From contig DISN01000005.1 of the NCBI GenBank assembly GCA_002421965.1, positions 324-64,323 on the forward strand: a stretch of DNA of 64,000 bases. Reading direction: 5' to 3'. The DNA comes from Candidatus Saccharibacteria bacterium UBA6209. GTDB taxonomy: Bacteria; Patescibacteriota; Saccharimonadia; Saccharimonadales; Saccharimonadaceae. The translations under genes and the position numbers were made by a program. The notes under the pieces were generated by a model, which did no database searches, was not told the DNA's origin, and saw only the letters and a list, made by a program, of their open reading frames with translations. Below, one piece after another: positions 58,823 to 64,000 of this stretch (within the stretch, counting starts at the first letter, position 1; every line of letters begins with the position of its first letter).

Positions 58823-61057
58823 ATGGTAAAAAGGAAATCTGCTATTTCAAAGAAGCAGTTTGCAAAACGAAGCCGTCACCCGCTGCCAAGGCGGATTAAG
58901 TGGTGGCTACGCACTAAGTGGCAGTGGTTTAAGCAGCTAAAATGGTGGCAGAAGGCCATGCTTATAGGTATGCCGATAATCATTTTTGTTTTGGTTATTC
59001 CATTGATTATGTATGCTTATTTTGCGACGACCATGGGCGACATGGAGACGTTGATGAACCGTAAAAATACTGGAGTAGTGCTTCGTGATATTCATGGAGA
59101 GACTTTTTATAGCACCGGTACTGCGGAGCACCGTGATATTGTACCGCTCGATAATATCTCGAAGTATATGCAGCAGGCGGTGGTGGCTAGCGAAGATCGT
59201 AATTTCTATGAACATGGTGGATTTTCAATACTAAGTACGTTCAGGGCTTTTTATGGCTATGTATTTTCGGGAAGTGGTGAATTTGGTGGATCGACCCTAA
59301 CCCAGCAGCTGGCAAAGATGACGGTATTGTCTTCAGAAAGAAGTTTTTTACGTCAGTATCAGGCTTTTTCGGTGGCAGCCGCAATTGAGCAGCGCTACAG
59401 CAAGGATGAAATTCTGGCGATGTATCTAAATTCGGTGTATTTTGGTGAGAATTCATTTGGCGTTGATCGGGCGGCTAAGGTTTATTTTAATAAGAAACCA
59501 GCCGACCTGTCACTGGCCGAGAGCGCAATGCTAGTCGGTCTCTTGCCGGCTCCAAGCGCTTACTCGCCAATTAGTGGTGATGCCGACAAGGCCGTAAAGC
59601 GTCAAACCGAAGTTCTGTCCAGGATGGTTCGCGGCAAAATGATAAGCGAAGACGACAAGCAGGCCGCTTTAGCTGAGCAGCTAGCACTTCAAGGTCCAAC
59701 AGTGATAGTGAACGATGCTCCGCATTTTACCGAGATGGTTTTGGTTGAGCTCTACGATAAGTACGGCGAGGAGAGAGTGGCACGATCGGGATTTCAGGTG
59801 ACAACTACTCTTGATTTGACCTTGCAGAGGGCGGCGCTCGCCAGCATTGCTAGCCAAAAAACCTACATCGAGAGAATGGGCGGCTCTAATGCTGGAGTGA
59901 TTGCCGTAGACCCAAAGACTGGTGAAATCCGTGCGCTAGTGGGCAGCGTAGACTACAGTAACGAGGAGTGGGGCAAGGTAAATATGGCAACCGCAAAGCG
60001 TCAGCCAGGCAGTACTTTTAAGCCAATTTACTATGCCGCCGCCTTGGCCGACGGAGTGGTTACACCGGCAACAATTATTCGCGACGAGCCAATTAATATT
60101 GGCGGCTGGCAGCCGCAAAATGCCACGCGACGTTATTATGGAAACGTAACGGTTCGCCAGGCACTAGCTAGATCATTAAATATACCATCGATTAAAATAA
60201 TGCAGGACTATGGTCTAGAGAAGTCGATTGAGGCTGCCAAGTCTCTGGGTATAACCTCTTTGGATAAAGACCCTAGCGAATACGGTTTATCGATAGCTAT
60301 CGGCTCTGCCGAGGTGCCGCTGCAGCAGATGACTAATGCCTATGCGGCGTTTGCTGATGGCGGCAATGTTCGAAAAAATACGTCAATCCAAGAGATTAAG
60401 GACAAGTTAAATAGTAGTATCTACAAGCATGCGTCTACTGCGAAAAGGGGTATCTCTGAGCAAGGAGCTTACCTAGTCTCGAATATTTTGGCGGATCAGT
60501 CAGCTAGGTCGTTCATGTTCGGCTCTAGCTTAAATATTTCTGGCAAGACGGTCGCAGTTAAGACCGGTACCACTGACGATAATCGAGACGCCTGGGCTAT
60601 TGGCTATACTCCAGATATTGCTATTGGTGTATGGGTTGGCAATAATGACAATTCAACGATGGTTAGTGGTGGTGCTGATATGGCGGGTCCAATCTGGAGG
60701 TCTACGATGACCGTGGCTATCGGTGGCGCTACTCCGAGTTTCTCTAGGCCGCTAAATATTGTTGAGCGATATGTGTGCTATGGCGGCGGATTGGCTAACA
60801 CGTGGGGGTCTAACACCTATACTGAGCTATTTCTGTCTACGGCACTTCCGACTGAGAGCTGTTCTGCTGCGGTGCCTCGGCCCGATCCTGAGCCTGAGCC
60901 TGAGCCTGTTACGCCTCCCACTGAAGACGAGGAGGAGCTTGATTCCGATGATGATACTGATGATCCTAGTGAGCCTTCTAGCCCGCCCCCAACCACGCCA
61001 ACCAGTCCAACTAATCCAACCAATACCTCTGCGCCAACGCCTCGGTCCCTAAGGTGA
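58823..61057 (+). CDS. Class A penicillin-binding protein (transglycosylase/transpeptidase)
   Basis: EDRNFYEH, GSTLTQQLAK, STFK (SxxK), SLN (SxN), KTG; Pro/Asp/Thr-rich tail. Confidence 0.95.
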   Translation: MVKRKSAISKKQFAKRSRHPLPRRIKWWLRTKWQWFKQLKWWQKAMLIGMPIIIFVLVIPLIMYAYFATTMGDMETLMNRKNTGVVLRDIHGETFYSTGTAEHRDIVPLDNISKYMQQAVVASEDRNFYEHGGFSILSTFRAFYGYVFSGSGEFGGSTLTQQLAKMTVLSSERSFLRQYQAFSVAAAIEQRYSKDEILAMYLNSVYFGENSFGVDRAAKVYFNKKPADLSLAESAMLVGLLPAPSAYSPISGDADKAVKRQTEVLSRMVRGKMISEDDKQAALAEQLALQGPTVIVNDAPHFTEMVLVELYDKYGEERVARSGFQVTTTLDLTLQRAALASIASQKTYIERMGGSNAGVIAVDPKTGEIRALVGSVDYSNEEWGKVNMATAKRQPGSTFKPIYYAAALADGVVTPATIIRDEPINIGGWQPQNATRRYYGNVTVRQALARSLNIPSIKIMQDYGLEKSIEAAKSLGITSLDKDPSEYGLSIAIGSAEVPLQQMTNAYAAFADGGNVRKNTSIQEIKDKLNSSIYKHASTAKRGISEQGAYLVSNILADQSARSFMFGSSLNISGKTVAVKTGTTDDNRDAWAIGYTPDIAIGVWVGNNDNSTMVSGGADMAGPIWRSTMTVAIGGATPSFSRPLNIVERYVCYGGGLANTWGSNTYTELFLSTALPTESCSAAVPRPDPEPEPEPVTPPTEDEEELDSDDDTDDPSEPSSPPPTTPTSPTNPTNTSAPTPRSLR

Positions 61058-61069
61058 TACAATAGATAT

Positions 61070-61645
61070 ATGATAGCGCATATTTTTGGTATAGTGGCTG
61101 AGAAATTCTTGGGATCAATAATTATTGATGTTGGTGGTGTTGGCTATGAGGTTTCTGTCGCTTCTGGTGATTTCGATAAAGTAACGCTTGGGCAAGAGGT
61201 TAAGTTTTATACCCATCATCATATAAGGGAGCAGTCGCAGGAGCTTTTTGGATTCTCTTCTTTGGCTGCAAAAAAGTTATTTCAACTGTTGATTACTGTT
61301 CAGGGTGTTGGCCCAAAAGCGGCACTTTCGATATTGGGCCTGAGTGATTCTGAGAATGTTCGAAATGCCATAGCCAACGCCGATAGTGCGTTTATACAGA
61401 AGGCGAGTGGCGTGGGTAAGAAAACTGCCGAGCGTGTGGTGGTCGATCTTTCTGACAAGGTTGGTCTGCCGACTCATTATGGTCGTCACGACGAGCCTGC
61501 TCAAGCTGAGCTAAATACTTCTGATGAAGCTTTGGAAGCGCTAATGGCGCTTGGCTATACGCTAGCCGATGCTACTAAGGCGCTTGAGGGCATAGATGCA
61601 AGCTTGCCGACTGGAAAACGAGTCACGGAGGCCCTTAAGGGATAG
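61070..61645 (+). CDS. ruvA: Holliday junction branch migration protein RuvA
   Basis: GGVGYEV, LFGF, VQGVGPKAA, GVGKKTAER motifs. Confidence 0.96.
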   Translation: MIAHIFGIVAEKFLGSIIIDVGGVGYEVSVASGDFDKVTLGQEVKFYTHHHIREQSQELFGFSSLAAKKLFQLLITVQGVGPKAALSILGLSDSENVRNAIANADSAFIQKASGVGKKTAERVVVDLSDKVGLPTHYGRHDEPAQAELNTSDEALEALMALGYTLADATKALEGIDASLPTGKRVTEALKG

Positions 61646-61648
61646 CTT

Positions 61649-62650
61649 ATGGTGGTTCAGAGGATTATTGATGCGGCTAATCACGAGGACGATACTGACG
61701 AGCAGATTATCGAGATTACTTTGCGGCCACAGAAATTCGATGATTACGTTGGACAAGAGCGATTAAAGAAAAACTTAAAGTTAGCAATCGAAGCTGCTAA
61801 AAAGCGCGATGAACCGATTGATCATGTGTTGCTTTATGGTCCACCAGGACTAGGTAAGACTACGATGGCTAGTGTGATTGCGAATGAGATGGGCGCGGGT
61901 TTTAGAATTACCAGTGGTCCGGCTATTGAGAGAGCTGGAGATCTAGCGAGTATTCTGACTAATCTCCAGGATGGCGACATCTTGTTTATTGATGAAATCC
62001 ACCGCCTTAGCAGGGCGGTTGAAGAGGTGCTATATAGTGCAATGGAGGATTTTAAGCTAGATATTGTGATCGGTAAGGGCCCAGCGGCCAGGTCTATTCG
62101 GTTGGATTTGCCAAAATTTACAATCATTGGCGCAACGACTCGCACCGGTAGTTTGGCGGCACCGCTGAGGGATCGATTTGGGCATATTTATCGTCTTGAA
62201 TTCTATACCCCAGAGGAGATATCAAGAATAATTGAGCGTACCTCACAAATACTAGAGACTAAAATTCATCAATCTTCGGCGCAGATACTGTCTACTCGAG
62301 CTCGCCTAACCCCCAGGATAGCCAATCGGCTACTCAAGAGGGTTAGGGATTTTGCAGATGTGAACGGTGATGGAATTATTGATGATGTGGCAACAAAAAA
62401 AGCACTTGCTATGCTAGAGATAGACGAGCTTGGGCTTGATCCTGCAGATCGAAATCTGCTCTTGAGCATGATCGATAACTACGGAGATAGTCCGGTTGGC
62501 TTGACAACTCTGGCGGCTTTAACGGGCGACGAGGCGACAACTATTGAAGATTTCTACGAGCCGTACTTACTGCAAATTGGGTTTATAGAAAAGACGCCAA
62601 GGGGTAGGCGAGTGACGCCAAAAGCCAAAAGCCATCTGCTAAAAGACTGA
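61649..62650 (+). CDS. ruvB: Holliday junction branch migration ATPase RuvB
   Basis: [34 protein letters not shown] motifs. Confidence 0.98.
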   Translation: MVVQRIIDAANHEDDTDEQIIEITLRPQKFDDYVGQERLKKNLKLAIEAAKKRDEPIDHVLLYGPPGLGKTTMASVIANEMGAGFRITSGPAIERAGDLASILTNLQDGDILFIDEIHRLSRAVEEVLYSAMEDFKLDIVIGKGPAARSIRLDLPKFTIIGATTRTGSLAAPLRDRFGHIYRLEFYTPEEISRIIERTSQILETKIHQSSAQILSTRARLTPRIANRLLKRVRDFADVNGDGIIDDVATKKALAMLEIDELGLDPADRNLLLSMIDNYGDSPVGLTTLAALTGDEATTIEDFYEPYLLQIGFIEKTPRGRRVTPKAKSHLLKD

Positions 62651-62670
62651 TTTATGATATAATTTAGTCT

Positions 62671-63519
62671 ATGAATCCAGAGGAAGTGGAAAATTCAACT
62701 AAGCCAGCCGCCTATGATCCAGAGGGTCGACCGCTTTATTATCACCCGCCCGTTGATATGCCTGCACCAGTCCAGGCGGAGCCAGCGCAACAAAAGGTGC
62801 GATCCCACATTACGACTCGACCCGATAGGATAGAGGGGCATAATTTTAATCCACAAATACGAGCACAGTATGCCAATGAGCCCGACACGGTTCACGCGCA
62901 TCGACCCATGGAGCCAGAGAAGCGGGAGATAAGTGAAGGTCTAATGCAGAAATACCGCGAGTCAAAAGAGAAATACCCATATCTTAATTTGAGCGAAGGT
63001 GAGTTTGTGATATTAGACATCAAGCGTCATCCGATTGGTATGCTTATACCGATTATCGTTACCTTCGCTCTGCTGATGGCAATTTTTGTATTCGGATCTT
63101 TTTATCCGTCTATGTATGACGCCGCTGCTGGCACAATTATGCCATCGATACCTGCGATGTTTGGTATATTGCTACTAATATCGGCGCTAGTTGTCCTGGG
63201 CGGTGCTGTTGCCTTGTGGGTTTACTTGCAGAATCAGTTTTTTATGACAAATGAGAGTGTTGTTCAGGAGATCCAAGATAGTCTATTTATGAGGAGAGAG
63301 CAGACAGTTAGCTTAGGTAGTATCGAGGATGCAAGTTTTAAGCAAAATGGAATACTGCAGACGGTGCTAGATTATGGGACGATTAGGCTGAGTACCGAGG
63401 GCCAAGAGACGACGTACGTGTTTAGGTACGTGGCACACCCCAAGAAGCAAATTGCTACGCTAAATAATGCTATTGAGGCATTTAAAAACGGTCGCCCGGT
63501 GGATCCATTTGAGGATTAG
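62671..63519 (+). CDS. Bacterial PH-domain membrane protein
   Basis: RHP followed by two TM segments, then TNESVV...IEDAS...DYGTI (bPH pattern). Confidence 0.8.
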   Translation: MNPEEVENSTKPAAYDPEGRPLYYHPPVDMPAPVQAEPAQQKVRSHITTRPDRIEGHNFNPQIRAQYANEPDTVHAHRPMEPEKREISEGLMQKYRESKEKYPYLNLSEGEFVILDIKRHPIGMLIPIIVTFALLMAIFVFGSFYPSMYDAAAGTIMPSIPAMFGILLLISALVVLGGAVALWVYLQNQFFMTNESVVQEIQDSLFMRREQTVSLGSIEDASFKQNGILQTVLDYGTIRLSTEGQETTYVFRYVAHPKKQIATLNNAIEAFKNGRPVDPFED

Positions 63520-63522
63520 TTG

Positions 63523-63912
63523 CTAGTTGTTTCGATTGGTTTTTACGAAATCATCTTCGTTGTCTAAGATTGCACGAAGCTTGTACGACTTACACTTTCC
63601 GTCATTGCAGTTTGTTGGCTCGTATCTGTATGATGAATCGCTCTCACCGAGTGCCACGCCGGACGGGTCAGTCAATAGTGACGGATCCATTGTTTTTAGG
63701 GTGTCCTTGTCGATAGACTCTGGATAGTATTTGTTGTTCGGATAAAATGACTCCTCTAGGCTGTAGTAGATTGCATTTATGGCAACCTTTTTTTGACTAT
63801 TGGTATTTTCTGAGCCAATACGCTGAATTTGAAGCAGCAGCACTACACCGGCAACGATTAAAAATGTGCTAAGCACGATCAATTCTATAACAGTAAACCC
63901 CTGTTTTCTCAT
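63523..63912 (-). CDS. Type IV pilin-like protein
   Basis: Class III signal MRKQG|FTVIELIV with Glu5; C-terminal Cys pair; start set at ATG 63912. Confidence 0.88.
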   Translation of the reverse strand: MRKQGFTVIELIVLSTFLIVAGVVLLLQIQRIGSENTNSQKKVAINAIYYSLEESFYPNNKYYPESIDKDTLKTMDPSLLTDPSGVALGESDSSYRYEPTNCNDGKCKSYKLRAILDNEDDFVKTNRNN

Positions 63913-64000
63913 AGGTCTATTGTAGCAAATTTTTGGCATAAAAGGTACAATAAGTATATAAGTCAAAGGGGGAGATATGGTAAAGGCAGAAAATAGCAGT

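Noticed and set aside
60887-60907. CCTGAG tandem repeat at the end of the PBP gene
   Set aside because: It encodes a PEPEPEP low-complexity linker; an in-frame hexamer unit cannot phase-vary the protein

Overview
64 kb of a compact, gene-dense bacterial chromosome (genetic code 11). Gene content and style point to Candidatus Saccharibacteria/TM7 (Patescibacteria/CPR); that is an inference. Housekeeping content: the distal F1Fo ATP synthase operon (atpHAGDC), aspS, trmB, murC, hpt, tilS-ftsH-murJ-lepA-gmk, hrcA-grpE-dnaK-dnaJ with four CIRCE operators, rimK, comEC, yebC-ruvC-ruvA-ruvB, a class A PBP, a type IV pilin and four tRNAs (fMet, Ile2, Met, Lys). No CRISPR array, rRNA, transposase or integrase was found. 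Five features stand out. (1) All four tRNAs are flanked by patterned 'shadow' copies of themselves: direct plus inverted tRNA fragments broken in the T-loop, and three carry a shared ~70-nt hairpin insert found in both orientations. (2) An 8-kb, seven-gene secreted-protein locus has four paralogues ending in an invariant AG-x-Y-x12-F/Y C-terminal register and two membrane-anchored DUF916/PapD-like partners, a candidate surface-fibre assembly system with no sortase motif or usher. (3) A structured, riboswitch-like leader with an SD-sequestering hairpin precedes a small-protein/Y-family polymerase operon. (4) A DUF1704 metallopeptidase, retropepsin and RimK glutamate ligase sit in a row, suggesting a glutamylation writer/eraser module. 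(5) At least 22 genes have a -10 box 6-7 nt before the ATG (leaderless architecture), alongside an initiator tRNA that breaks the 3GC rule. All family assignments come from motif recognition by eye; no database search or folding program was run.
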